64,000 nt of DNA from Azolla caroliniana (lineage: Eukaryota > Plantae > Polypodiophyta). The notes under the pieces were generated by a model, which did not search any database, was not told the origin of the DNA, and saw nothing but the letters and a program-made list of their open reading frames with translations. Of the stretch, positions 51,029 to 64,000 are shown one piece after another (the first letter of the stretch is position 1; every line of letters begins with the position of its first letter). A program made the translations under genes and the position numbers. Location of the stretch: contig JBHGNT010000002.1 in assembly GCA_043228905.1 (NCBI GenBank), positions 11,284,001 through 11,348,000 on the forward strand, read 5' to 3'.

Positions 51029-52250
51029 AAGGTCTACCATCATGAGAGTTCAAGACCGGGTGGTGAAGGAAAACAATCTTGAAGGAGACCTTGCTTTTCT
51101 TGTGGCATAAGCAGGATTGTGTGAGGTACAATCTATAGTGAATCTCCATTCTATATAACTTGTAGTTAGTTGATAATTTGCAAATTATAATATAATATGT
51201 AGCATTAAAAGTAAAACTGAGTCATAACGGAGTCAAACCCCTCGAAGCAAAAGATGATTGTTCCCATATGACATCTTTAAGGGAATTATACATCCATTTA
51301 GTTTTAAAATCATGGATTGTTTTGGAGCTTAGATGTTTTGTTTTAACTTCAATATTTCTTTCTAGTACATTTAGTTGAGAAGCTGAATCGTATGGAAACT
51401 AACTAGAGGTTCCCCACATCACGGCAAAGACTCGGGAGGAGGTGAGCGCTTGCAAGGATGTGAGCACTTAGAGGGATGTGAAATCTCAGAGGCTGTTGGA
51501 CTCTCGGAGTGATGCAAAACATGAAAGGTCTACAATCATGAGAGTTCAAGACTGGGTGGTGAAGGAAGATAATGTTGTAGGAGACCGTGCTTTTCTTGCG
51601 GCATAGGCGGGATCGTGTGAGGTACAATCTATAGTGAATCCATTCTATATAACTTATAGTTAGTTAATAGTTTGTAAATTATAATAAAATATGTAGCATT
51701 AAAAGTAAAATTGAGTCATAGGGGAGTCAAACCCCTCAAAGCAAAGGATGATTGCTTTCACCATTAAAACCCCCTCCCCACCCTCTCAAAGTATGTAGCC
51801 TCACTTCACCTACAATTCAAAGTTTGTTTACGAGCTCAATTTTGTTTTGGATTCCATGTATTCTCAATTAACCCTTGCACTCTTATCCTTGAGTGTTAGT
51901 TGCAATATAAGTTATTCTATGCCTGTAACATAATCCACTGATTAAGACATTGCACTTTTGAAACATGAAAAGCTAGGGAAGTTAGTTGCAAAAATTTTGT
52001 TTTCTTGTTCCCATATGACATCTTTAAGGGAATTATACATCCATTTAGTTTTTAAATCTTGGATTGTTTTGGAGCTTAGCTGTTTTGTTTTAACTTCAAT
52101 ATTTCTTTCTAGTACATTTAGTTGAGAAGCTAAATCGTATTGAAAACTAACTAGAGGCTCCCCACATCACGGCGAACACTCGGGGGGAGGTGAGCACTTG
52201 GAGGGATGTGAACTCTCAGAGGATGTTGGACTGTCGGAGTGATGCAAACT
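51029..52250. repeat. ~495-bp tandem duplication; second copy has ~250 bp extra
   Basis: AAGGTCTAC(C/A)ATCATGAGAGTTCAAGAC at 51029 and 51526; extra segment ~51755-52005. Confidence 0.85.
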
Positions 52251-53606
52251 TTAGGAGGGCCGGGAACTCTTGGTGGGACACTCATACTAGATGAGCATTA
52301 CTAGTCTTTGAATTTTAACTTCAAAAAATTGAAAATGATGCCAATGAAAGGTAATGACGCTTTACGTTGGATGTCTTCGAATTGCTAGAAACTTTGAAGG
52401 CCTATTGTAATAACTAATCTGGGACGACGTTAGCCAAGAATCCCAAAAAGATGGATCCAAACATAGACGCTAGAGCTTGACATCAATCCATAATAGACTT
52501 GGTTGTAGCCAAAGAAACGATCATACAATACATGTAAACTATGACTATATTGGTTGATTCCTTAACAGAAATGGCCTTGGGTCAAAACCATACGATGCAT
52601 TGTCCCAGAAATATTGGATCTAGTGTATTATAATAAACTAAGAAGAAATACATTAGTTATGTGAAGGGTTGTGTCAAAACAATATTAAAACGGGCGTTTT
52701 GGAAAAAAATAAATGTGAGAAACTTTATATAGAATTAAGGAATTGTGAAATTTTAGAAATCACGTAAGAACCACCAAGATTCGCATAGTACTACCTTTTT
52801 AACATGATATCTCTACAAATAGGAGATTACTTCGAATACTCACATGGGTTTCCTTCCTATCAAACCTTTGTGCGCACAAGCTTGCGTCATTGACATAGTG
52901 TCTGCAATTGATCAAGGATGTGGGGGAAATATCGAAAACTCTGAGGCCTTTTGGGAAAAAATCACTAGTGTGTTTTATTGAAATTTGAAGGTTATGGATG
53001 CATGGTCCTTGATGGGGGGCCCCCTCCATGGTCATGGATGGGTGATGCCTTGATTGTGGATAGATTATGTTGTGTCATAAAGAGGAGAAATAAGACTTTT
53101 AAAAATTGGAGCTTAATGTAGGTGACATAATCTAGCCTTCATTAAAAAAGTTCATGTGTCAAGTTAACAAGATTTATGCATAACACATGCTTGCCAAAAG
53201 AAAATCTTGATTATAAAATGAGACCAATAATCATAAGGAGATGTCTTAAGGTTAATGCCAACGGAACACCCCCTGGAGGATTGAGAGGGTATATATGGAA
53301 ATTCGTTAAAAGATTGAAGACTACAATAGGGAGAAATGCCTTGACCTCCTCACAATTTTAGTGTTGGCTATTGGTGAGTAAATATTAGGGTATAGTGGAC
53401 GTTGAGAGATGGACCCTCATATGAGCAGTGATCTTTTGGGGATGGGCATTATTCTCCAAAGTCTCATTATCTTTTGGGGATGAGCATTATTCTTTGTTTT
53501 TAAAATTCTGGGAATGAATGGAGGATTGAATTGCAATTGATGACTTTAATTTGTTGGGGGTAGTACTTGTTGGTCATAGAGAGGTATGGGTATGGATGGG
53601 CCCATA

Positions 53607-55416
53607 TCACTTGGGCAGCCATGTGTTGCCATCAATGAAGGTGATGCTGAGGAAGGGCTTGGCTTGGGCATCGGTGAGCTGGCGAGACCATGCAACACGG
53701 CCCTTCCGGTTGGCTCCGGGGCCTGAGCATTTGTACTCTCCATAGAACACTCTCCTGATTCAATATATATATTGTTAGATTACTGACCAGCTTATAAGGC
53801 ATTCCATTACTCTGGGTGGGTTATAGTTATAACTTATATATATATATATATATATATAATATAACAACTCACTTTTGATTGAGAGGAACACCGAAGTCAT
53901 CCCAACCCTGGGGCGTGATGATGCTGGAGAGGTAGGTGTAGGAGAAGACGACCCTGGAGTAGGCACCCCATGCTCTACCCAAGTATATGTACCCCGACCC
54001 ACTCACGACGCACGACACGAACGAGTAGCCGGTCTTAGAATTGGGAGACAGCCGTTTCTGCGCGGAGATGGAGCCATAGGGAGAGGCAATGGAGTGAAGG
54101 TGGCATTTCTGCACGTACAAACAAATAATATTTCATGGAATTAGAAACCATGAAGGGAAAGGAGATAGATAGATAGATAGATATGGATGGATGATGATGA
54201 AAATATATAAGTAGAATATGATCTGGCACCCCTTTTTTTAATGACAGCTAGGGATGCATACATTCAAAGAAAGCATTATTAAAAAAAGCTTTTCAGACTG
54301 AACATACAACGAAGAGGGTGCGACCGTCGCCGAATATGAAGTCGACGGAGCCTTCGATGTAGCAGTTGTAGTAATAATGGCGGCCTTCCTTGTCGTAGAG
54401 CGTGTCCTGGGCGCCATAGAAGCTGCAACGGTAGAAGGCAGCCTTATCGCCTTGAATCCGAAGAGCCACGGCTTGCCGACCCACAGCGCCAGGAGGGGGG
54501 TGCCGAGCCGTGTTCTATAATATATATATATATTAAGTGAGTGAGTAGCAGTACAACAATTGAATGGAAGAATGAGTATAAATTTGAGTGAGTATACAAT
54601 GATGCGGTGCATACATCAACAACTCATGAGGAGATTGGGAGGGAATGTTACATACATATATATATATATATGCAATCATGGAAGGGAAGGGAAGGTCATG
54701 ATCCTGAAGAGAGTAGTAGTACATACCTTAAAGGAGATGTCGAGGGCGATGAAGTTGTCGGCCTCCACCGCTACCGAGGCGCTGCCATAGGTGCCTAGTG
54801 GTTGCCCTTTCTTGTCAAGAGTGGAGGCAGTGTCACTCCATTGGATGTAGGTGAGAGCAGCACTCTCACCCTTGAGCGTGATGAAGTCCTTGCCTGAAGG
54901 GATGGTGACCTTCTCGTTGTACACCCCTTTCTTGATGTAGATGATGATACGCTTCGTGTTGGAGGCCGGCACCTTGTTGATGGCGGCTTGCACAGTGCGG
55001 AAGTGGCCGGACCCATCCTTAGCCACAACGATGGTCTTGGTCGTAGAGCTCGCATTGGCAGTTGCCGCGGCCAATCCACGGCTTCTCAAGAATTGGGTCA
55101 CCTTGTGTTTGGCATCCTTTATGGTTTGGCTGAACACGCGGTCATCGAACTCAAGTGGACGCCGTGGCAAGTGATCCTCGTCATTTACGTCGCCCTCCGT
55201 GGGGTCTGGACGGTACCCCAACACCTCCTCCCGTAGCCACTCGTCCAAGCTTCTAGAGTTTCCGGTCGGTGATGAGGTGCTCTCGTTATTCGCCGCCTCC
55301 GCATTGGATAAATGTGACACCGCAAACACGCAGATGCCAAGAATCGCCAATACCGTAAGCTGCTGCTGCCCATGCATTAATGCTCTATGGCAGCCGCGGC
55401 GCAGGACAGGTTCCAT
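53607..55416 (-). CDS. Pectin methylesterase (pectinesterase, CE8) without a PMEI pro-domain, 426 aa
   Basis: Exons 55416-54727, 54514-54308, 54108-53873 and 53754-53607 have GT..AG introns and an intact frame. Motifs GVYNEKV, QAVAL, QDTL, DFIFG, LGRAW. Hydrophobic N-terminal segment. The true start could be the second Met. Confidence 0.95.
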
Positions 55417-56499
55417 CTCCTTCTTTCTCTTTCTCTTTCTCTTTCTCTCTTCCCCACCCTCCCTGCCTGCCTGCCTCCTTCGCTGCCTTCACACGCTGCA
55501 GCACTCTTTCTCTTGTGATTGATAGAATTCCAAGGCTTGATCCTGCATGATGTATATGATGCTATAGATATATATATATGTATGTTTTTGTATTCCCATG
55601 TATATATAATATCTGCTAATATTGACTGGATGAATAAATCATGTTGCAGGTGTCGTCTGGATATTGAGAGCGTCAAGCTGGGGGTAATTGGGTGCCTGCA
55701 TTGTTCACGTCCACTTCCTTTCCACCCATCATATTCTTTTTATTTTTATAACTCTCTCTCTCTCACACACACACATACACTTATGCGATATATGTTCAGG
55801 CTTGAGGAAATATCGCCACATAAGTTGCAGCATGGACCACTTCCTGCATATTCCTTCCACACCTTCAAATCCATGTAATGCTATTGGTGTCGTGATTGGA
55901 CCTTTCATGGCTGTGCTGCTTACTTTTAAGGAAACTGGATGACATACGAAAAGAAAAAGGAAAAAGGGAATTAAGGTGAGACACCATCACTCTGGTCTCC
56001 ATTTGTTTATCCAAGTCAAGCTCATCAAAATATCTCATCCCAATACTCAAAATGAAATACTCTCCCCTTGCAAGAACATTCGCCGTCCATGGGGTTAAAT
56101 ATTCTTTGTTGCGGAAGAAGATGGATAAGATGGGAATCACATGGGTTGCGTAGAATTATCTTTAAACCCTTAAGCTATCAAATTTGGCAAGTTTTATCAC
56201 GGTGTTACGACGCCTAGAAAGTAGATGTTTGCACAATTTATACAGGTTGACCCAAAAATCAGAGATGAAGATCGTTTTCCTATTTCTCAACTGTTGCGGT
56301 TTGCGTCATAATTGGGATATCTTCGATTCTTGGCATGGAGTGAAAGCCTCTCTGCGAAAATTGAAGGGAGTACTAATGTAGCAATTTTCTTTATTGGAGC
56401 AAGTGGAAATTCTTTCCTCAATACAATGTTCTTCTTGCCTATTGACAATTCAACATGTTCCACTACCTATGTAGTGTACATAGTTAGTGGGTGACCATA

Positions 56500-56582
56500 T
56501 GTAAAAGATTATGTATGCGGAAGGTTTGTGCTCGAGACATAGTCGGCTTCGTTGGACAACAGAAGACAGTTAGGAAAGGGTA

Positions 56583-56643
<61 letters not shown>

Positions 56644-56955
56644 GTGAGTAGACAATGGCACTTCTATTACAAAATAATAATTAGTACATACAATTGTGCT
56701 CAGTGAGCAGTTTTTATACAGGCCCTAACAATGGGTTGACACAAGTACTATCAGTACTTTAATGCTCATGAATGAGCTCTAACGTTGACAACCTATAATA
56801 TTCCTATTTACTAAAATAGGAATATAAGCTCCTAACGGCTTGTCAGCTTCCATTCGACTTGGCCAGCCGATTCAGCTTACAATTTATTCAGCCGATTTAG
56901 ACCTAGTCAATCGACCTATGTTTGATCCAGCTTTCGACTTATCCAACCGATCAGT
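56500..56955 (-). mobile_element. Probable copia solo LTR related to 18681-19120, containing (GA)n
   Basis: Starts TGTAAAAG and shares GTGCTCAGTGAGCA..TTTTATACA..GACACAAGTACT. Right boundary uncertain. Confidence 0.6.
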
Positions 56956-56959
56956 CCAT

Positions 56960-57110
56960 GTTCTTGGGCTAAAAGTCCCACTCTACCCACTTGTATCTCA
57001 GTGTGAACACGTCCTCATAGGTAGGGCTAAGTTACCCTAACTACATAATTGAGAGACCAAGTATTTTAAAGGAGTGAAGGTTAATGCAATATATTCTTCT
57101 TTTGAGCACA

Positions 57111-57153
<43 letters not shown>

Positions 57154-59809
57154 CCCTAATCAACTTATCTATTTGTTATACTTCATGCTTGTCTTACTAA
57201 CCACCAGGTCCTCAACTTATGCAGTATTCACTCCATATTCAACAAATGCTATCAGAGCGACTTGCAGTTCTGCCGCAATAGTAGCATAAATCTGAGAAGA
57301 GAAGAAACGGCTCAAGGGACTAGGTTAGTAAATCTCATTTCCAATAGAACATGGCTTCAACATTCGACACAGTAGTAGAAATCCGAAAGTTCGACAGTAA
57401 AAACTTTGCCCTATGGAAGGAGATTATGCAGGATGTACTGATCATCCAGCGACGAATCAAGGCAATACTACACACCAACAAGTCAGCCTCGATAACAACT
57501 GATGAATGGCGCCCCCTAGATGAAATAGCTGGGTCGACCATCCGAATGCATCTGAACGAGAACGTCTACTTCAGCTTGGCCAGAAAGACGTCGACATTTG
57601 CCTTGTGGGAGAAACTCCAAGCCATTTACGAAAAGAAGTCCTCCTGATCAAATCTGTTATGGGCATGACCATATAATATCCCGTGGTGAGAATTTACCGT
57701 AGTATTCTATAGACGTGGATAAAGTGTGAGGGTTAAACAAGAGCATAAAGAAGGGAGGATTACTTTTAATCCTTGGGATTGAGACAACCCATTATCGACT
57801 ACATCGAGACTTTGACAGTGTGGTGGGTCAACTCTTGTAGCGAGCATGCCAACACTAGGTGCGACTCGACACCACGGCCATGGTATGGAACACCAATCGA
57901 GGCTTGAGTCCGTCTCGATCCCTTCCTTCGAGGTTGGTCGGGTGGATTGACACTCTTCTTTCTCTCTCTCCTTTCTCAGTTTCTATCTTTTATCCTTATC
58001 ATATATCTTTCATTAGATCATCACTCTAACAGAATCTCATATAGATCCAACATATGTATCTAACAATTGTTCAATATGAAGATGAGAGAGATGGATACGG
58101 CGACCTCTCGCACCAAGACGAAGGAGAACGGTCAGCGATTTGAGCGGAACTCAGGACAATCCGTCTCGAACCGTTCCGTAACTGGCAACCAAGTCGTTGT
58201 TGCCGAATTTCAGTCGGGAGAAATCCTCACCCTGGAAGATTCGTCAACAGGAGAAGTCGTCTACATTGCGCATGACACACAAACGTGGCTACTGGATTCT
58301 GCTGCCACATTTCACATAACCCCAAATATCAAATGGTTTTCGAACTATTCGGTCGGAGCAAATGGCACAATCCGATTAGGAAACAAGCAGAAATACGTCA
58401 TCATAGGAATCGGAGAGGTCCCCATCCAATTGATGAACAACAATACTATTACCCTACAGCGAGTCCAGCATGTACCCAAGCTGAAGAGGAGTTTGGTTTC
58501 CATCAGCATGCTAGCCGAAGTCGGGTACCGAACAACTGTGAGTGAGTCGTCATGGATGATCAACCGAGGAAACATAAAAATCGGGTGCGAACACAAGCAT
58601 TGCAACTTGTATCCGTTGATGGCGATCAATGAAGACAGGCTCGTGTACATAGCCGAATCGTCAGATTCTAACTTATGGCATGGTCGACTTGGACATATGT
58701 CTCAAGTCAGAATGGACGGAATAATGGCGATCGGCTACATCCCCAAACTCCAAACGAAGACAGACTTCTACGGGCATTGTTGTTATGGGAAACAATCCCG
58801 AAGTCCACACTTTCTCCATTATGAGATGGTACCACATTCTCTAGTATTGGTCCATACAGGTATATGTGGGCTGATGCCCGAAAGGTCACGAAAAGGCACC
58901 CAGTACTTCATCAAATTTGGAGATTATTGTAGAAGGAAAGTCTAGGCCTACTCGATTAGGTCGAAAGACGAAGCACTTAAAGTCTTTATTCGCTGGACAC
59001 TGAGTGAAGACATTGTGGTCCCACAACGGAGGTGAGTTCACCTCTCAAGCTTTCAAGCACTACCTATCTGACAAAGGGATCCGGCACCAAAAGATTGTTC
59101 CCTATACCTCCATGCAAAACGGCATGGCAAAACGTATCAACTGAACAATTCAAGAAAGAGTGACGGCAATGCTCTAGCAAGCTGGAATTCTAGGTGAAAG
59201 CACTATAGACGGCAGTATACCTGATCAATCTGTCACTGTCGAGAGTAATATGGCCCGAAGTACCACAGACACTATGGTCAGGCAAACAACCAACCTATGA
59301 CAGGCTCCGTATATTTGGATGCAAAGCCTATACATTCATCCCCAGGGAGAAAGGACCATGTTGGCGCCCCATTCAACAAAAAATGCATATTTCTCGGTTT
59401 TGGAACCGATGGGAATTTCGACTATCGAGTGTGGACCCAGAGAATTGGAAATTGATCCAGAGCAATGACATGGTCGTCAATGAAGACTTGATTCTCTCTC
59501 AACGGAACCAATAGAAAATAGTCGGCAAGGTGTCCTTCGATACCAACAAAGATGTCGTAGAAGGACCAACCCACGGCTCTGAGTCAACAATTCGACAATT
59601 AGTCAAAATCAGCTGAGCTAACGAACACCTCGCCGAATCCAAGTCGGCTAAAGGTCCACATGCAAAAGAAAGAGAGTCGAAATGATCAAATCACCCAAAT
59701 TGCCCAAGGTACAGAAACGTCGAACAAAATCGACCAAGGCCCCAACCAATCCGTCAAACGATCCCGAAGAAGGGGAGGATGATTCGACATCGCCGAATCA
59801 TCCACCAGG
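56960..59809 (+). mobile_element. Degenerate copia: 5' LTR end, gag, protease, integrase
   Basis: LTR ends ...TTCAACA at 57244, PBS TGCTATCAGAGC. Motifs IRKFDSKNFALWK, WLLDSAAT, LWHGRLGH. Left boundary approximate. Confidence 0.85.
57655..58031. mobile_element. 377-bp solo LTR inside copia gag
   Basis: TGTTA...TAACA with flanks AAATC/GAATC. Confidence 0.75.
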
Positions 59810-60193
59810 TGTCATGATATAGCAGGATATGGCTTCAAAAGGATTTGAATCCATGACCTTGTCATGTCACAAGGGTTGTAGCCCTACTATTAAGCTATCC
59901 ATTGTAATATTAGATTTCTCTGGAACATTCTAGAAATGTCAAGAGTACTCCTAAGCCTACTATAAAAAGAGGCGCATGGCATTCTTTCCACCAATTCGGT
60001 TCAACACAGTCTTAACCCTTCGAGCTATTCTTGTATCTTTGTTCATATAATATAATATACTTCTTGTTATCTTCATTATCTCTCTCTCTCTCTCTCTCTT
60101 CTGTCGTGATTCTCACACACTCTTTCCCTTCTTAGTACTAATCTTCATTCTTCTCCTCTATCTTTAGTACTAATTCTCCTTGCCTCTAGTATG
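59810..60193 (+). mobile_element. Tcn1-like LTR related to 5340-5784, interrupted
   Basis: TGTCAT start, antisense tRNA-like module 59897-59841, TATAAAAAGAGGC...AATTCGGTTCAAC, (CT)n and AGTACTA repeats. Confidence 0.8.
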
Positions 60194-63100
60194 TGTTGGC
60201 CAGCAAGGCCAAAGGGCCGGTTAGAGTCCAGAATGTAAAAGGGGTATTTAATTAGGAATAGGAAGTTAAAATTAATAAGTACTATGTTATTTTGAAATTA
60301 ATAAGTACTATGTTATTTTGAGAAGCGGACGAACGAACCAAGGATCGGTTTGCCGATTCAGATCCGAACCAGATCGCTGCCGATTGCCGGTTGGCACCGG
60401 TTTGTAATTCTGTCAGAGACCTATAAAAGGACCCGGCAAGAATGTAATCAACGACGGATACTTAATGGAAGTGTTGCTCTTTTACGTATGTTTAGTGTCT
60501 ATCTGGTTACTATCCTGTGCTTAATATAATTAATCTTACATGTGTGTTACGATCATTAATAGAGTTGGTTGGTAACCAGTTAAGACCCATTCAATACCAC
60601 GGTCTATCCATATATCCCTCCGTACGACCCGTTGGTGAAGTGTTCCATAGGGACAACCCTGTGTTAGGGCTTGTCTAGCCTAAGGGATAACATAGTTTTT
60701 GCGACCACGATTCCTGCAGTGAGTAGAGAACACTGGGGGATGGATGTCTCGATCGACTAACAACCACGTCACCGAAAGAGAAAGAAGACTTGCTAAAAGA
60801 TAGCAAAGGCGGGCAACCTTCCAGCAAGAGGCCGAGGAGATCCGATAGGATCGTTCTTTTCCCAAAGTGCTTCGGAGGGTCGTGGAAGACGCACTTTGAT
60901 TCCAAAAACAACAACTTTCCGACAAGGGCAGTAGTCTGACGAGCCTGCAAGAGGCAAAGGCGCAACTGCGGAGTCTTTCCGGACGCCACGGAGACTCGAA
61001 GGCATTTTCGGCCCTAGAGTTGGAATCAGATAGTGAACAAAGTGTTCAGTCGAATTACAAAAGCACCCACAATACACTAGACGATCCGGAGTATCACGAA
61101 TCAGACGGCTCATCAACACCACCGGTGGAGACAACGGAAAACTGCACGCCAACACCACCCGCAAAGGAAGCGGAAAACCTTGCACCAACACCACCCGCAG
61201 AGCAAGAACTAAACCACACATCTCCGGTACAACCTCTCGAAGACTACACCATGCTGTACCCATATCTAAAGTACCGTGATGATCCTGACATGGAGGCGCA
61301 CGTCTATGTGTTCCTACAAACATGGGAAGCGAATCATGTGTCCCAAAGGCTGACCGAACCAGAAGCCGAATGGTCAAAAATTGCCGTATTCGGCATGACA
61401 TTAGAGGGACCAGCGACCCGCTGGCACACAAAGCACCTACCCGGAAGCTTTGCCACATTGAGGCCTTGGAAACAAAATTCCTCTGACTATTCCATAGGCA
61501 AGTGGAACAACGCGAACTAGTCGGACAATTTTACACAACCCACCAAGAGGACCAGGAGATAGTGCCCCAATTTATCATCCGATTTCAAACACTACACAAC
61601 CAGTTAACAAGGGCACCTCCGGAGGAGGAGGTGAAAGCGGCGTTTGTGGCCGCTCTACGGGAACCCCTCTGAACGATGTGCAAGGTACTAGATTTCCAGG
61701 CAAGCACAATGGATCAAGTCATCGATCGAGTGCTGGAATTGGATAAACATAGCTCCCTGATGACGATGGGAGCCCTGCAAAGGGCCCTTCCAAATCAGGA
61801 GGATCTCAAGTTTTGCCAGGAGTTGCAATGCACAACGTGTCTAAATCCAGGCCATTCGACGGTAGACTGCACAATGAGGACGCAATGTATGATCTGCCAC
61901 TCACGGGCACACACAACGGACCGATGCGAGTACAACCTGCTCAACTGACAAGTGGCACCGGTGAGGATCATTGAACCACGTAACAATCACGAACCGGATG
62001 ATGAACGGTTCCAGAGGGAGGACCGATACCGACCAGAACGTGGGCATCGGTACAATGAGAGAAGACGCGACAATTATGGGTGCGATTGCAACAACCGACG
62101 CAAGGAAGGCCACAATCGAGATCGATATGAACGAGACTACTCATCGGATTATGACCAGAGAAGGGATGCTTATGACCGGGATTGGTATGATAGGAACCAA
62201 GATTATAACGGTGACATGTATGGTCGTGACTACTCTCCAAGCTACAACCAGAGGAGTGAGGACCAATGAGAAAACTACGAAGACCAGCATCGACAGGGTT
62301 ACAAGAACAGATGCTTTCTTAAGAAACGGAACTTTCGGAAAGAGTATAGTCGGGAACCGGCAAAGGAGTACCATCGAGGGCTGGATAGAGGCATAAGTGC
62401 CGCCCAATTGGAACAAAGAAGAAGAGAAGAACCTCACCGAGCGGTAACTGAATTTCAACAGGGTACCGAAACAAAAGTAGAATCTAGCAATACCTGGAAG
62501 GCGTATTTCTACTATTGCCACTAGGAGGGCTATTAAAGCAACCAATGCTCGGTTAAAAGGAACGAAAAACGGCCGGCAATCAATATGGTGGTAGCAAAAG
62601 TAGCGGATATACAGCAAGTCACCAACAGATCAAAAGGAAAGATGGCGGAGTGGGAAGCACAAAAGTCCATACGAAAACAAACCACCGAATAGATTGAAAA
62701 GGCCAATGAACGCAATGTGACCGAAATGAAGGAGCACACGAATGTAGTGGAGGAACTCACTGTAAAGGCACAGCCAACCGGAGAACCCCACGTGGCAAGC
62801 ACTTTAGGAATGCCAAATCACGTTACCAATGGACCAGTTATTGTAACTAGTGCCCGGTTCACCAACGGGTTGAAATCGGCGATGGCTCCATTAAGTCCTG
62901 CATTGGCTCTGACATTCTTTTCAAATCCAAAGGAAGAACCGGCAATGGTGGAGACCAGCGGTCATGCAATCACTACGATAGTCGATGGCGGATCAGGACT
63001 AAACGTGATAAGCCTCTGGACATGCGACACTTTGACAATTCAAGAGTGGGAACCATGCCCAATCTGGCTCCAGATGGCGGACACCAGCTCAGTCCGACCG

Positions 63101-64000
63101 GCTGGCTTGATCTGGGACTTGGAGGTGATGATAGGAGGTCATGCTTTCCGAATTTCTATGTTAGTCCTCCCGTTGAACCCTCAAGGGGCATACCCACTGC
63201 TACTAGGACGACCATGGTTGAGGACTGCCCATATCAAACAAAACTGGCAGAAAAATAATACTACGTTCCGAAAGTAAAAGTACCCATGCAACTGCAAGCA
63301 GGCCCATGCAAAGACGTAACCCCACTATATGCCGAAAGCGTGAACATGCTAGCAGGACTGGCCGGCCAGGAGGTGGATTGCTACCTTGAAGAGAACCTAA
63401 GGATAGTCCCTTTGTTCGAAGTGGACGTGGCAAAAGCGGTATCTTCATACATTGTGCAAACGGAAGAGGCCGAGGAGGAACCGGATAAGGATGCACTCTG
63501 GGAACTGCGGCAAGTGCAAGAGGACTTGGAACGGGAAATGGCGGTATCCCAACGAGTAAAGGTGTCCCAACTAGAAGAAGTAAATTTGGGCACCGGAGAG
63601 GAAGCGCGTCCGGTACATGTGGCCAAGGAGATGTCACCAGAAGACAAATCGGCAATGATAACATTATTAAAAGAATTCCGGGACGTATTCACTTGGTCCT
63701 ACGAAGATATGCGGGGACTTGATCCCCAACTCTATCAACACCAGATTCACCTTAGCAAGGATGCTAAGCTGGTGGCACAACGACGCTATCGAATGAAACC
63801 AAACTACGCGGCAAGAGTAAAAGAGGAAATTGACAAGCTGCTCCGAGTCGGCTTTATCCGGCCGGTGAAGACAGCGACTTGGCTAAGTCCAATTGTCATA
63901 GTGCCGAAGAAGAACAACAAGATCTGTGTCTGCGTGGATTACCAGAAATTGAATGCGGCAAAGCGGCAACGGTTACTGACGCATTTCCGCTTCCGTTTAC
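60194..64000 (+). mobile_element. Phygy/Tat-like gypsy element: 5' LTR, gag, protease, RT start; runs off the window
   Basis: LTR ~60194-60692, PBS-like TTGCGACCACGA. Gag 61020-62269 with Zn knuckles and RDY repeats, protease IVDGGSG, RT WLSPIVIVPKKN...CVDYQKLN. Confidence 0.9.

Noticed and set aside
54676-54726. ORF-track C-terminus [16 protein letters not shown] of the PME
   Set aside because: It is read-through into intron 1; the donor site is at 54726.

Overview
This is eukaryotic land-plant DNA. The lineage mix (Tcn1-like chromovirus, Phygy/Tat-like and tRNA-Trp-primed gypsy elements) suggests a non-seed plant such as a bryophyte, which is inference. Most of the window is a deeply nested, decayed cluster of Ty1/copia and Ty3/gypsy LTR retrotransposons; one old copia (18597-50699) has accumulated about 27 kb of younger insertions. 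The only intact host gene is a 4-exon pectin methylesterase (minus strand, 53607-55416, 426 aa). The left end is the terminus of a CACTA DNA transposon carrying a spliced, recently pseudogenised cargo gene for a ~398-aa protein with a C-terminal RING-H2-like domain and a telobox-repeat intron. Best candidates for undescribed biology: (i) that CACTA-borne RING gene; (ii) tRNA-like Pol III A/B-box modules lying antisense in the U3 of four gypsy LTR families; (iii) two programmed -1 frameshift signals, one placed after the protease with a predicted H-type pseudoknot; (iv) a self-priming signature in the Tcn1-like element; (v) non-autonomous LTR elements that replaced pol with unknown ORFs. All lineage names come from motif recognition, not database searches.
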